A stretch of 55,846 nucleotides of DNA from a virus. Its lineage: Duplodnaviria > Caudoviricetes. The position numbers and the translations under genes are program-made. Where the stretch lies: IMG/VR virus record IMGVR_UViG_3300029823_000381, positions 1-55,846 of that record; one strand, given 5' to 3'. Shown here piece by piece: positions 9,100 through 18,189 of the stretch (positions are counted from its first letter, which is position 1; each line of letters begins with the position of its first letter). The notes beneath the pieces were generated by a model, which was given only the letters and a program-made list of their open reading frames with translations, was not told the DNA's origin and made no database searches.

Positions 9100-9396
9100 A
9101 TGGCTAAATGTAAAGCATGTGGAGCTGAAATTATATGGATAAAAACTCAATCAGGTAAGAACATGCCATGTGATAAGAAACCAGTAATGTATTGGAAAAA
9201 GCAAGGAACAAAAGGGAAAGTCGTTACAAAGAATGGAGAAGTAGTGACATGTGAATTTGAGGGTAATCCTAGTGAATCAACAGGAATAGGATATATGCCA
9301 CATTGGAGTACATGCCCTAGTGCTAATAAGTTTAGAAATAAAAAAGAAAGCCCTTATAGTAACCACCACGAAATTATAAGGACTAGAGAAATTTAA
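9100..9396 (+). CDS. Zinc-binding hypothetical phage protein
   Basis: CKACGAEIIWIKT..GK.MPCD...HWSTCP. Confidence 0.7.
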   Translation: MAKCKACGAEIIWIKTQSGKNMPCDKKPVMYWKKQGTKGKVVTKNGEVVTCEFEGNPSESTGIGYMPHWSTCPSANKFRNKKESPYSNHHEIIRTREI

Positions 9397-9402
9397 AAAT
9401 CT
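9338..9402 (-). ncRNA. Putative antisense small RNA (about 60 nt)
   Basis: Minus-strand TTGATT(9437-9432)-17-TAGAAT(9414-9409) promoter, then AGTCCTTATA/TATAAGGGCT hairpin and a U-tract. Confidence 0.45.
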
Positions 9403-9439
9403 ATCCCTATTCTACTATAGGATAGGGAGAAAATCAAAT

Positions 9440-10399
9440 ATGGAGGGATGGAGATTGTATAAAGTATTAGCAAAAACTAAAAATATGACGGAATTAGAAT
9501 GGTTAAGAAGCAGGCAGCAGGGTATTGGTGGATCTGATGCTGGAGCAATCCTTGGAGTAAACAGATGGAGAACACCATTTCAAGTATATATGGATAAAAC
9601 TCAAGAAATAAATGAACCTAGTGAGCAGAGTGAAGCTGCTTACTGGGGAACTGAACTGGAAGACCTTGTTGCAAGGGAATTTTCAAAGAGAGCAGGTAAA
9701 AAGGTCAGGAGAAGAAATGCAATACTTCAAAGTATCGAATATCCTTTTATGACAGCTAATTTAGACAGAGAGATAGTAGGGGAAAAGTCATTACTTGAAT
9801 GCAAAACAGTAAACGCCTTTGGAGCCAAAGAGTGGGACTCTGAAGAGGTACCAGCAAGCTATTTAGTACAAGTCATGCATTATTTAGCAGTGACAGGATA
9901 TGAAAAAGCATTTATAGCTGTTTTAATAGGTGGGCAAAAGTTCCTTTATAAAGAGGTAGATAGGGATGAAGAACTTATAGAAATGATTGTAAATGCGGAA
10001 AAAGATTTTTGGGAAAACTCCATAGTTAAAAAGGTGCCGCCCCCACTTGATGGGTCTGCTGCAGCAGAAAAATATGTGAAGGAAAAATATAAGGATTCTA
10101 ATCCAGAAATTAGTGTAAATCTAAAATCTGAATACAAGAATAAAATTAAGAATTATTTTGAACTTAAAAACACGATTAAGGAGTTGGAGGTACAGGCTAA
10201 AGAAATTGAAAATAACGTAAAGCTGGAGTTAGGTGAGGCAGAGATAGGATATACGCCTGATTATGAAATTGATTGGAAGAGCATAACTTCAAATAAATTT
10301 GACAGTAAGAAATTTAAGAATGACCATCCAGAACTTTTTAAACAATACCTAAATATGAGCTCCTATAGAAAATTTAGCATAAAGGAGGTAAAAGCATAA
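9440..10399 (+). CDS. YqaJ-like viral recombinase exonuclease
   Basis: EWLRSRQQGIGGSD, ANLDR, LECKT, QVMHY motifs. Confidence 0.92.
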   Translation: MEGWRLYKVLAKTKNMTELEWLRSRQQGIGGSDAGAILGVNRWRTPFQVYMDKTQEINEPSEQSEAAYWGTELEDLVAREFSKRAGKKVRRRNAILQSIEYPFMTANLDREIVGEKSLLECKTVNAFGAKEWDSEEVPASYLVQVMHYLAVTGYEKAFIAVLIGGQKFLYKEVDRDEELIEMIVNAEKDFWENSIVKKVPPPLDGSAAAEKYVKEKYKDSNPEISVNLKSEYKNKIKNYFELKNTIKELEVQAKEIENNVKLELGEAEIGYTPDYEIDWKSITSNKFDSKKFKNDHPELFKQYLNMSSYRKFSIKEVKA

Positions 10400-10572
10400 T
10401 GGCTAATCCAGCATTTACAACACTTATGGACAGCCTAAATGCACAGATACAGGCTTTAAATAAAACTGGCTTTAAACTTTATGATGGTGAGAACAGAGAG
10501 TATTTTATAGGAAAATTAAGATATGACAGCAATGATGACAAAATAGTATGTGATTTTGAGGAGGAGAAGTAA
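10399..10572 (+). CDS. Small hypothetical protein (57 aa)
   Basis: TAATG overlap with the YqaJ stop; AGGAGG RBS. Confidence 0.65.
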   Translation: MANPAFTTLMDSLNAQIQALNKTGFKLYDGENREYFIGKLRYDSNDDKIVCDFEEEK

Positions 10573-10573
10573 T

Positions 10574-11461
10574 ATGGCCACAAGTAAGAGTTTAAAAAAT
10601 GAACTTACGAAGAAGGAGACTAAGCCACCTAAAGATCCGTTTAAAGCACTAGTTTATTCTCCAGGAATAAAGAAAAGATTTGAAGATATGCTTGATAAAC
10701 AGGCAAATGGATTTATAACAAGCTTACTTAACTTAAAGCAGGATAAATTGAAGGGTTGTGATGATATGACAGTTTTAGGGAGTGCCTTAAAGGCTGCTTC
10801 CTTAAAACTACCAATAGACCCGAACCTTGGTTTTGCATGGATAATACCTTTTAAAAATCACGGCAAATTAGAAGCACAGTTTCAAATAGGATATAGAGGA
10901 TTTATACAGATGGCCCAAAGATCTGGTCAATATAAAAAACTAAATGTTACGGAGATTTATGAAGGCCAACTTAAGAGTTTTAATTCACTTACTGAAGAGA
11001 TAGAACTTGATCTTGATAATAAACAATCTGATGCAGTTATTGGGTATGCAGCATACTTTAGATTATTAAATGGATTTGAAAAAATGGTTTACTGGAGTAA
11101 AGAAAAAGTAACAGTACATGCTAGAAGGTTTAGTAAAAGTTTTGGTAACGGACCATGGAAGACAGATTTTGATGCAATGGCAAGAAAAACAGTGCTTAAA
11201 AATATGCTTTCAACTTGGGGAATCTTAAGTATTGATATGCAGGAAGCAATTACAAGTGACAATAAAATAATTAAGACTACTGATGATGATTATGAGTTAC
11301 TTGAAGAGGGTACAGAAAATGAAACGAAAATAAATGTTACTGACGTTGAGTACACAGAATCAGATGAAACTGAAAAAGAAGAGAATGGTAAAGATCCATA
11401 TGAGGGTACTCCTTTTTCCGAGAGTGCGGAAAATGAAGAAAATAATAGTAAAGAGAATTAA
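10574..11461 (+). CDS. recT: RecT-family single-strand annealing recombinase
   Basis: DPNLGFAWIIPF, AQFQIGYRGFIQMAQRSG, W..DFDAMARKTV; acidic tail; follows YqaJ. Confidence 0.9.
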   Translation: MATSKSLKNELTKKETKPPKDPFKALVYSPGIKKRFEDMLDKQANGFITSLLNLKQDKLKGCDDMTVLGSALKAASLKLPIDPNLGFAWIIPFKNHGKLEAQFQIGYRGFIQMAQRSGQYKKLNVTEIYEGQLKSFNSLTEEIELDLDNKQSDAVIGYAAYFRLLNGFEKMVYWSKEKVTVHARRFSKSFGNGPWKTDFDAMARKTVLKNMLSTWGILSIDMQEAITSDNKIIKTTDDDYELLEEGTENETKINVTDVEYTESDETEKEENGKDPYEGTPFSESAENEENNSKEN

Positions 11462-11611
11462 CAAGTATTAGGAAATTTGGAAGTTTTAAAGTAGGTATGT
11501 TAATACCGATCTAGTAGCCTGTTTTAACACCCCGGAGGGTGTTCACATGAGATATATATTGCAGATAAAGGACTAGAGATTGAATTGTTTAACTAGATAA
11601 GAGGTGAGATT

Positions 11612-12442
11612 ATGGCAAAACGTTATTATTGGTTGAAATTGAATGAAAACTTCTTTGAAAGAGATGAAATAAAAATTATTGAAAATAGTCCTAATGGTAA
11701 GGATTATATAATCTTCTACTTAAAGCTTTTACTTAAGTCAATTTCAAGTGAAGGAAAACTAAAGTTTAGAAACGTAATTCCATATACACCGGAAATGCTA
11801 TCAAGTATAACTGGAACAAATATAGATACTGTAATGGTTGCAACAAAAATGTTTGTAGATTTAGGACTTATGGAAAAATGGGATGATGGAACTATGTTTA
11901 TGGCTGAAACTCAAAATATGATAGGTTCAGAGACAGGATGGGCAAAGAAAAAAAGAGAATATAGAAAACAAATTGAAGGAGAAAAACGAGGACAATGTCC
12001 TCAACTTGTCCCTGAGAAAAAAGACGAAGTCCGACAAGAGAAAGAGATAGAGAAAGATATAGATATAGAGTTAGATAAAGAGAGAGAGACTAAAGAGAAA
12101 AATCTCTCTCTTGGGACAACAGAAGTATTAAATTTCATAGAAGAAAAAGCCTGTATTAGTTTATCAGGTCAATATCAAAATATATCTGAGTTAGTTGAAA
12201 AGTATGAGATTCAGGATATAAAAGAAGCAATAAGTAAGTCTCTTTCTAAAGGTAAAAAAGGAGTGGCAATATTAAACTATGCCAATGGAATACTTAAAAA
12301 CTGGGCTGTAGAAGGAAAGGAGGAAAGCCATGGAGGAAATACCGGAAGCATTAAGCAGGATTTTACAGAAGGTAAATACAAGGGATTTAAGCCAAAACCG
12401 CCAGACGTCTCAGGAGAAATCGACGAAACAGGACTTATCTAA
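11612..12442 (+). CDS. Phage replisome organizer / replication initiator
   Basis: YYWLKLNENFF..IIFYLKLLL N-terminus; DnaD-like NYANGILKNW C-terminus; internal purine-rich repeats. Confidence 0.88.
   Translation: MAKRYYWLKLNENFFERDEIKIIENSPNGKDYIIFYLKLLLKSISSEGKLKFRNVIPYTPEMLSSITGTNIDTVMVATKMFVDLGLMEKWDDGTMFMAETQNMIGSETGWAKKKREYRKQIEGEKRGQCPQLVPEKKDEVRQEKEIEKDIDIELDKERETKEKNLSLGTTEVLNFIEEKACISLSGQYQNISELVEKYEIQDIKEAISKSLSKGKKGVAILNYANGILKNWAVEGKEESHGGNTGSIKQDFTEGKYKGFKPKPPDVSGEIDETGLI
11985..12115. other. Candidate replication origin inside the initiator gene
   Basis: GGACA/TGTCC repeats and palindrome followed by an (AG)-rich tract, as in lambdoid-style initiator genes. Confidence 0.4.
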
Positions 12443-13109
12443 ATGTCCTCTATGTCAAGGCATGGGGTTTATCTACAACAAAGAGACTGATTCATATAGG
12501 CAATGTAAATGTGTAGCGCTAGAAGTAACTAAAAGCAAATGGAGAAAGTTAGGTATAGATCCAGAGAAGAGCAACCAAACATTTTCAAATTTTAAAGTTT
12601 GGAATGAAACTTCAAAAATTTCTAAAGCTGCAGCAATAAAATATTATAACGAATTTGAGAGCATAAAAAATGCGAAACAAAATTCAATAATGTTTTGTGG
12701 ACAAGTAGGTAGTGGGAAAACACATTTAAGCATAGCTCTAGCACTTAATTTCATAAAGAAAGGTATCAATGTAGTGTATATGCCCTATAGGGATGTAGTA
12801 ACCCGTATAAAGCAGAATATGTTAGATAAAGAGTATTATAAAAAGCAACTTAGTAAGTTTCAGTTAGCAGATATATTGCTTATAGATGATTTATTCAAAG
12901 GGAAAGTGAATGAGACAGACATAAATATAATGTTTGAGGTTGTTAATTATAGATATTTGAATTACTTACCTTTGATAGTTTCAAGCGAGTTTACACTTGA
13001 TAAAATGCTGAATTTTGATGAGGGCGTAGGAAGCCGTATATACGAAATGTGCAAAGGGCACATAGTCCAGATTGAAGGAAAAGAAAATAATTATAGACTT
13101 AAAGAATAG
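12330..13109 (+). CDS. DnaC/IstB-like ATPase (helicase loader)
   Basis: CPLC..CKC, Walker A GQVGSGKT, Walker B ILLIDDL. Confidence 0.9.
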   Translation: MEEIPEALSRILQKVNTRDLSQNRQTSQEKSTKQDLSKCPLCQGMGFIYNKETDSYRQCKCVALEVTKSKWRKLGIDPEKSNQTFSNFKVWNETSKISKAAAIKYYNEFESIKNAKQNSIMFCGQVGSGKTHLSIALALNFIKKGINVVYMPYRDVVTRIKQNMLDKEYYKKQLSKFQLADILLIDDLFKGKVNETDINIMFEVVNYRYLNYLPLIVSSEFTLDKMLNFDEGVGSRIYEMCKGHIVQIEGKENNYRLKE

Positions 13110-13147
13110 TACGCAAAATGAAATTTTTATGTCCAGGAGGTGAAAAG

Positions 13148-13630
13148 ATGTATAAGGCCGGTGATGAATTTTATATAAGTCCAAATGAATATACAACAGC
13201 TGAAAAGAATGGTATTGATAAACGTACATTGGAACAAAGAATAAGAGAATATGGATGGGATAATGATAGAGCAGTTACAGAGCCTAAAAGAGCTAGAAAA
13301 AATAGAAAATACTGGACTGAGATAGCACTAGAGAATGGAATAAGTAAACAACTATTCTACCAAAGAATTGATACTTTAAAATGGGATGCAGAAAAGGCGT
13401 CAACAACTCCAATACTGAAGCCTAGTGGACCTAAATCTAAATTTGCTGAAGGAACATTAACGAAAGTACAAGCCAACGGTATTCAAATGCAATGCTTTAG
13501 AAGAAGAATAAGAGAAGGTTGGAACGAAGAAATTGCAGCTACTTTAAAGCCAATTAGTAAAAAAGAAGTAATAGATCTTATGCATTTAGCTAGAAAAAGC
13601 AAAGGAAAAGTACAGGCTTGGTATTTATAA
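13148..13630 (+). CDS. Repeat-domain phage protein, paralog of 7036..7458
   Basis: YISPNEYTTAEKNGI; three repeat units. Confidence 0.75.
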   Translation: MYKAGDEFYISPNEYTTAEKNGIDKRTLEQRIREYGWDNDRAVTEPKRARKNRKYWTEIALENGISKQLFYQRIDTLKWDAEKASTTPILKPSGPKSKFAEGTLTKVQANGIQMQCFRRRIREGWNEEIAATLKPISKKEVIDLMHLARKSKGKVQAWYL

Positions 13631-13649
13631 AAATTAGGAAGGTGAAAAT

Positions 13650-13874
13650 ATGAGACGTATGTTGGAATATACGAATTATGAAGTTGAGAAGAATGGACAC
13701 TTAAAAAATCCCTTGGCTGGTAATAAAAAAATTAAAGCACTTGTTGGAAAAGACATACTTGTTAGAAATAAACATAATGCAGAACTATATCTTATACAAA
13801 ATGCGGAGTTGAAAGAGCTAGAAGAGGTTAAAGAAGGATTGTTATTAGTTGTTGTAAAAGATGAAGGATTTTAA
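13650..13874 (+). CDS. Hypothetical phage protein
   Basis: RBS; operon context. Confidence 0.6.
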   Translation: MRRMLEYTNYEVEKNGHLKNPLAGNKKIKALVGKDILVRNKHNAELYLIQNAELKELEEVKEGLLLVVVKDEGF

Positions 13875-14073
13875 TAGATTGAAATTAATGCGGCCGACAT
13901 TAATGTCGTTACCAAAGGAGGATATGAGGATGCCAAAAGAAGCTGATATTTTAGAAATAAAATGTTGCCCATTTTGTGGAGAAGAGGAAGACTTAGAACT
14001 TTGGACAGATGATGGAATTGTTATCTGTAATAATTGCGGAAGAAATTTTAAGGTTATAGAAGACAATCTTTAA
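13861..14073 (+). CDS. Small zinc-finger protein
   Basis: CPFCG...CNNCG. Confidence 0.6.
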   Translation: MKDFNRLKLMRPTLMSLPKEDMRMPKEADILEIKCCPFCGEEEDLELWTDDGIVICNNCGRNFKVIEDNL

Positions 14074-14117
14074 TGAAATTATTATGAATTAATCATAAAA
14101 AAGGAGGCATATCAAAA

Positions 14118-14474
14118 ATGAAAAGTTATGCTTGTGAGAAATGTGGTAGTGTGGATGTTTTTGTAGATGATAGAGGAAACCAAAAAGCTTTAGTTTGTGG
14201 AGATTGTGGAAGTTGGCTGAAATGGATAGGAAAGAAGGAATTACCTTTAGTTAAGCGATTTATAGAAAGTAATAAAGTATCAGTTACTGAAAATATTAAA
14301 GAGGATGATGTAAAAAGTTATACAGTGAGAATACCATTCACAGGAGCTGTTGAAATGACAGTAGATGCCAGTGACAAAAAGAAAGCTATCGAAATAGTTC
14401 AAGAAAATGCAAGATTAAATGATGCTGTCGAATGGAATTTAGAAGATAACGGAATAGAAGTGTATAAAGATTGA
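14118..14474 (+). CDS. Zinc-ribbon hypothetical protein
   Basis: CEKCGS...CGDCGSWLKW. Confidence 0.7.
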   Translation: MKSYACEKCGSVDVFVDDRGNQKALVCGDCGSWLKWIGKKELPLVKRFIESNKVSVTENIKEDDVKSYTVRIPFTGAVEMTVDASDKKKAIEIVQENARLNDAVEWNLEDNGIEVYKD

Positions 14475-14513
14475 TGACGCATAACAAAAATTTTGAGAAG
14501 GAAGTGAGGATAA

Positions 14514-14780
14514 ATGAACTTAGATAAATTTAAAGGAGTATGTCAACAAGCAGTACAGCACTATGGAGAAGAATCCAGAAAACAGTTAGCCCAGGAAGAA
14601 TGTGCAGAACTAATCCAAGCTATCAGTAAAGACTTAAGAGGTCAAAAACACAATGCAGAGGAAGAAATAGCAGATGTGCTTATCATGATTGAGCAACTTA
14701 CACACATCTATAACAATGACAAAATAGAAAAATACAGAGAAGAAAAGATTAATAGGCTAACAAGAATGATGGAAACATAA
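14514..14780 (+). CDS. MazG-like nucleotide pyrophosphohydrolase
   Basis: EECAELIQAISK...EEIADV motif. Confidence 0.8.
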   Translation: MNLDKFKGVCQQAVQHYGEESRKQLAQEECAELIQAISKDLRGQKHNAEEEIADVLIMIEQLTHIYNNDKIEKYREEKINRLTRMMET

Positions 14781-14921
14781 AAAATTAAAACAAGGACAAG
14801 CCTTAAACGAAAGATAAACATAAAAAGGTATAATTACACCTTTTGAAATAGGATAGCTTTAAAATTAATGTATGAGTGTTTTAGAATACTAACAAAGTAG
14901 AAAGATTAGGAGGCAAATTTT

Positions 14922-15464
14922 TTGACGAGAAACTTAGGAAAAATATTCGAAGAAGATATAATGAGCAGCGTTCCAGAAAATTTATTTAAGTACAAGCTTA
15001 GAGATAGTGCTTCTGGATGGAGTGGAGGAAACAAAGCAAGATTTACAACTAATAACATATGTGACCTCATAGTACATGATGGCATATGGTTGCATTTGCT
15101 AGAATGTAAGAGTCATAAAGGAAATAGCATACCTACTACACCTAAGATAAATACTAAAGGCAAAATTACTCATTACGGTGTTATAAAAATAAATCAGCTA
15201 GAAGGGTTGATGGAAGAATATCCAAAGAAAAATGTATCAACAGGTTTTTTATTTAATCTAAGTGATAAATGTAAAACGTATTTTGTAGAAGCTCCAGAAG
15301 TATGTGAAGCATTGGTTGAAGAACATAAAAAATCTTTAAACTTAGAATGGATAGAGCAACATGGAATGTTAATACCACAGATACGGAAAGGCAGAAGTCA
15401 AATTCATTGGAAATATAAATTATCTAGTCTATTGGATAATGATTGGAGGGTTAAAAAAGCATGA
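14922..15464 (+). CDS. RecU-like Holliday junction resolvase
   Basis: GKIFEEDI, CD, LECKS PD-(D/E)xK motif. Confidence 0.75.
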   Translation: MTRNLGKIFEEDIMSSVPENLFKYKLRDSASGWSGGNKARFTTNNICDLIVHDGIWLHLLECKSHKGNSIPTTPKINTKGKITHYGVIKINQLEGLMEEYPKKNVSTGFLFNLSDKCKTYFVEAPEVCEALVEEHKKSLNLEWIEQHGMLIPQIRKGRSQIHWKYKLSSLLDNDWRVKKA

Positions 15465-15868
15465 AGGAAATAAGTGAAAATGTTGATTTATCAAAAGAAG
15501 TTTTAAACGTAAATATAGATAGTCCAGTATTTAAACCTATGTTGGGTAGCCTTAATGAAAAAATAATAGAGGTTATAAAAAAGGTATATAATGAAGAATT
15601 TGCAAGTGGAGATATATCTTTAAAATTAACTTTAACAGTACCTATTGAAACCAAAAGATTTCCTGTAGAAACTTTACCAGGTGAGCATCCTACTGTAAAG
15701 ACTTATGAGTATAAGGCTCTACAGTTTGAACATGATATTACAACTACATTTAAAAAAGTAGATAAAGAAAAAGGAAAATACTGGGGGGACAAAGAGCTTA
15801 AAGAAGATGATGGCAAATTTATTGAAGTACCAATAGAAGATCCACAAGTAAGTATGTTTGATAAATAG
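15461..15868 (+). CDS. Hypothetical phage protein
   Basis: Coupled ORF; C-terminal QVSMF clamp-binding-like motif. Confidence 0.7.
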   Translation: MKEISENVDLSKEVLNVNIDSPVFKPMLGSLNEKIIEVIKKVYNEEFASGDISLKLTLTVPIETKRFPVETLPGEHPTVKTYEYKALQFEHDITTTFKKVDKEKGKYWGDKELKEDDGKFIEVPIEDPQVSMFDK

Positions 15869-15950
15869 TTAAAATAAGCACTAATACAGTGGAGTTGTGG
15901 CATAGACATAATCTTACTGTATTAGTGTATTAGAAAAGTAAGGTGATTAT

Positions 15951-16133
15951 ATGACTGACTTTGAAAGAAAGATACTGATTTTCTTAGGATTGTGGCTTTT
16001 ACTTAGTGTTATTTGCACAATTATAATTTGTGTAGTTATAGAGCATAGGGAAAAGAAAATGGAGAAAAAACGTGCTGAATTTGAAAAGGAATGGAATAAG
16101 TACGGGAGGAATCAACATGGCTTGTTCTTGTAA
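15951..16133 (+). CDS. Small single-TM protein
   Basis: Hydrophobic N-terminal half; RBS. Confidence 0.6.
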   Translation: MTDFERKILIFLGLWLLLSVICTIIICVVIEHREKKMEKKRAEFEKEWNKYGRNQHGLFL

Positions 16134-16317
16134 TGAATGTGCAAATTTAAGCAGAACAATAAGAATAAATTCAAAAGGTTGCTATAGATATGGATGTAAG
16201 AAATGCAAAGGCGGATATATATGTGGATGGATAGCTAAAGATACGGAATTAAAAACAATGGGATGCTCCAATTTTATAGAAAATAATAAGGGAGCTGAAC
16301 AAATTAGTTTATTTTAG
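16117..16317 (+). CDS. Cys-rich small protein
   Basis: GGAGG RBS; ends in QISLF. Confidence 0.6.
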   Translation: MACSCNECANLSRTIRINSKGCYRYGCKKCKGGYICGWIAKDTELKTMGCSNFIENNKGAEQISLF

Positions 16318-16328
16318 AAGGTGATTAA

Positions 16329-16562
16329 ATGTTTATTGATATAGGACATAAGCAATATGCAAATGTAGGTAAGATAACACTTATAGCATCTTTCGGATCT
16401 ACACCTGCAAAGAGGGATGTTCAAAATGCAAGGCAAAAAGGAACTTTGATAGATGCAACTAAAGGTAAAAGGACATTAAGTGTTATATATACAGGTGAAT
16501 ATATTATTTTATCTGCAGTAATGCCCGAAACACTTTCAAAAAGGACGGAGAAGGTGAAATAA
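16329..16562 (+). CDS. RemA/DUF370-family regulator homolog
   Basis: FIDIG...STPAKR...LIDATKGKRTLSVI...IILSAVMPETL matches the RemA pattern LIDATYGRRTRAVI..ILSAVQPET. Confidence 0.8.
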   Translation: MFIDIGHKQYANVGKITLIASFGSTPAKRDVQNARQKGTLIDATKGKRTLSVIYTGEYIILSAVMPETLSKRTEKVK

Positions 16563-16915
16563 TGCCTATAAAACCAGTAGAAACGATAGAAGTTACTCAA
16601 GCTATACGGAGAACTGCTGAAAGGTTGGAAAATGGTGTAGATACTATAACTAAAAAAGCTAAAGAATATGCAGTTGCTGAGAGAGAATATAGAATTGCAC
16701 TAAGAAAAGAGATAGTAAAACTTAGAACTGAAAAAATGCCGGTTACTCTTATAGCAGATGTGGCACGTGGTAGTGATGATGTTGCTGATTTGAAATTTAA
16801 AAGAGATTTAGCACAGGAAACATATAAGGCTAGTAGAGATATGCTAAATGCATTAAGCACAGAAGTAAGTTCTCTACAAAGTATTTTGAAGGTACAAGCT
16901 AATATAGAAAAATAG
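16562..16915 (+). CDS. Coiled-coil hypothetical phage protein
   Basis: Translationally coupled ORF. Confidence 0.7.
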   Translation: MPIKPVETIEVTQAIRRTAERLENGVDTITKKAKEYAVAEREYRIALRKEIVKLRTEKMPVTLIADVARGSDDVADLKFKRDLAQETYKASRDMLNALSTEVSSLQSILKVQANIEK

Positions 16916-17018
16916 GAAGAAAGCAAAAATAATAACGTATATATCAAGTAGAATGTGGGTCAGTTTTAAACTTTATGTTCTACTTGATATAAAACACATA
17001 TAATAAAGGGGTGGTTAA

Positions 17019-17438
17019 GTGAATAGGGCATTAAGAGATAAGATCAGAGAAGAAGCTGACAATTGCTGTATGTTATGTGGATATAATTGCGGTAAAACTG
17101 GAAGCCCACATCATATAGTTAAAATAAGTGAAGAGCCTCTATTAATCAACTGTAAGAAAAACATTATGTGGGTGTGTTTAGGCTGTCACCACAAAACAGA
17201 AAATGATGGTAAATTCCAAGCAAGGTTACAGAAACAGCTTCAAGAAAGATATTTTAGAATATTCAATAAGCATAAGAACTATACGGTTAAAGAAATAGCT
17301 GGGATAGTCCAAGCTCCTGTAAAAGATATCGAAAAAGCTATACAAAAGGGATTTTTGAAATGCAAGTTTATAAATGGAATTCACAAGGCTTTAGGAATAG
17401 ACACTATAAGGTTTTTGATGGGTGGAAAATTAAAATAA
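17019..17438 (+). CDS. HNH-like zinc-binding nuclease
   Basis: CMLCG..HHI...N...CLGCH. Confidence 0.65.
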   Translation: MNRALRDKIREEADNCCMLCGYNCGKTGSPHHIVKISEEPLLINCKKNIMWVCLGCHHKTENDGKFQARLQKQLQERYFRIFNKHKNYTVKEIAGIVQAPVKDIEKAIQKGFLKCKFINGIHKALGIDTIRFLMGGKLK

Positions 17439-17481
17439 AGTATGCAAATAGACATAAATAATGCATAAGGGAGGGCGGTTT

Positions 17482-18033
17482 ATGCTAGATAGAGAAACAT
17501 TTAAAAAGACAGAAGGGCAGTTATATGGTTATTTTAGAGACTTAGACGAAATAGAAACATTAAAGCAAGAATACAAAGAATTCAAGGAACAGGAAGAAAG
17601 CATTGAATATGATATAAAAAGTTGCAATGTTACTGTTGAACCAGATATGCATATGAGCCCAAGTTTTGATGAAAGGGTACAAATAAGTCCTACAGGAGAG
17701 AGTGTAGCAGAAAAAGGAATAATAAGAGAAATTGAAAACCTTGAAAATGAGCTTGACTATGTTAAAAGAAAAATCCGCAAAATTAGAGCTAGAATAAGAG
17801 AACTAAATAGGAGAATGGCTAAATTTAAAAAGGTTTTAACAGTTCCGCCACTATCTCAGGAAAGCATGAATTTTATAACTTATAAATATAAGGAAAGTGA
17901 AGATGGCAGGTGTAAAAGCGTAGACTGGATAGCTGATAAAATGTATAGTGGTGTAAGAAGTACTACCTATAGAAAAAGAGAGGAAATTGTAGAGAATATA
18001 GCTCAATGGGCAAATATACACAACTATAGTTAA
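17482..18033 (+). CDS. Late transcriptional activator (RinA/ArpU-like)
   Basis: Last gene of the early operon; C-terminal HTH SVDWIADKMY..RSTTYRKREEIV. Confidence 0.7.
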   Translation: MLDRETFKKTEGQLYGYFRDLDEIETLKQEYKEFKEQEESIEYDIKSCNVTVEPDMHMSPSFDERVQISPTGESVAEKGIIREIENLENELDYVKRKIRKIRARIRELNRRMAKFKKVLTVPPLSQESMNFITYKYKESEDGRCKSVDWIADKMYSGVRSTTYRKREEIVENIAQWANIHNYS

Positions 18034-18136
18034 GCCTAAAGTGTTAAAGTAAGCATGGTTATCAAAATTTATAAAAATAAATTTAAGGCAATTAGAATTA
18101 TTTAGACTTTATTTTTAATTTTCTATAAGTTTAAGC

Positions 18137-18162
18137 AGGAATATAAAAAATCATGAAGAAAT
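18137..18162 (+). promoter_or_regulatory. SigH-like promoter (AGG-N18-GAAAT)
   Basis: AGGAATATAAAAAATCATGAAGAAAT upstream of the Abi-like gene. Confidence 0.55.
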
Positions 18163-18189
18163 ATTTACTTATGTTAGGAGGCTTTTTAT

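Noticed and set aside
14785-14885. Intergenic imperfect palindrome AAAAGGTATAATTACACCTTTT as an ncRNA or recombination site
   Set aside because: Single short AT-rich palindrome with no second copy or supporting promoter/terminator; insufficient evidence.
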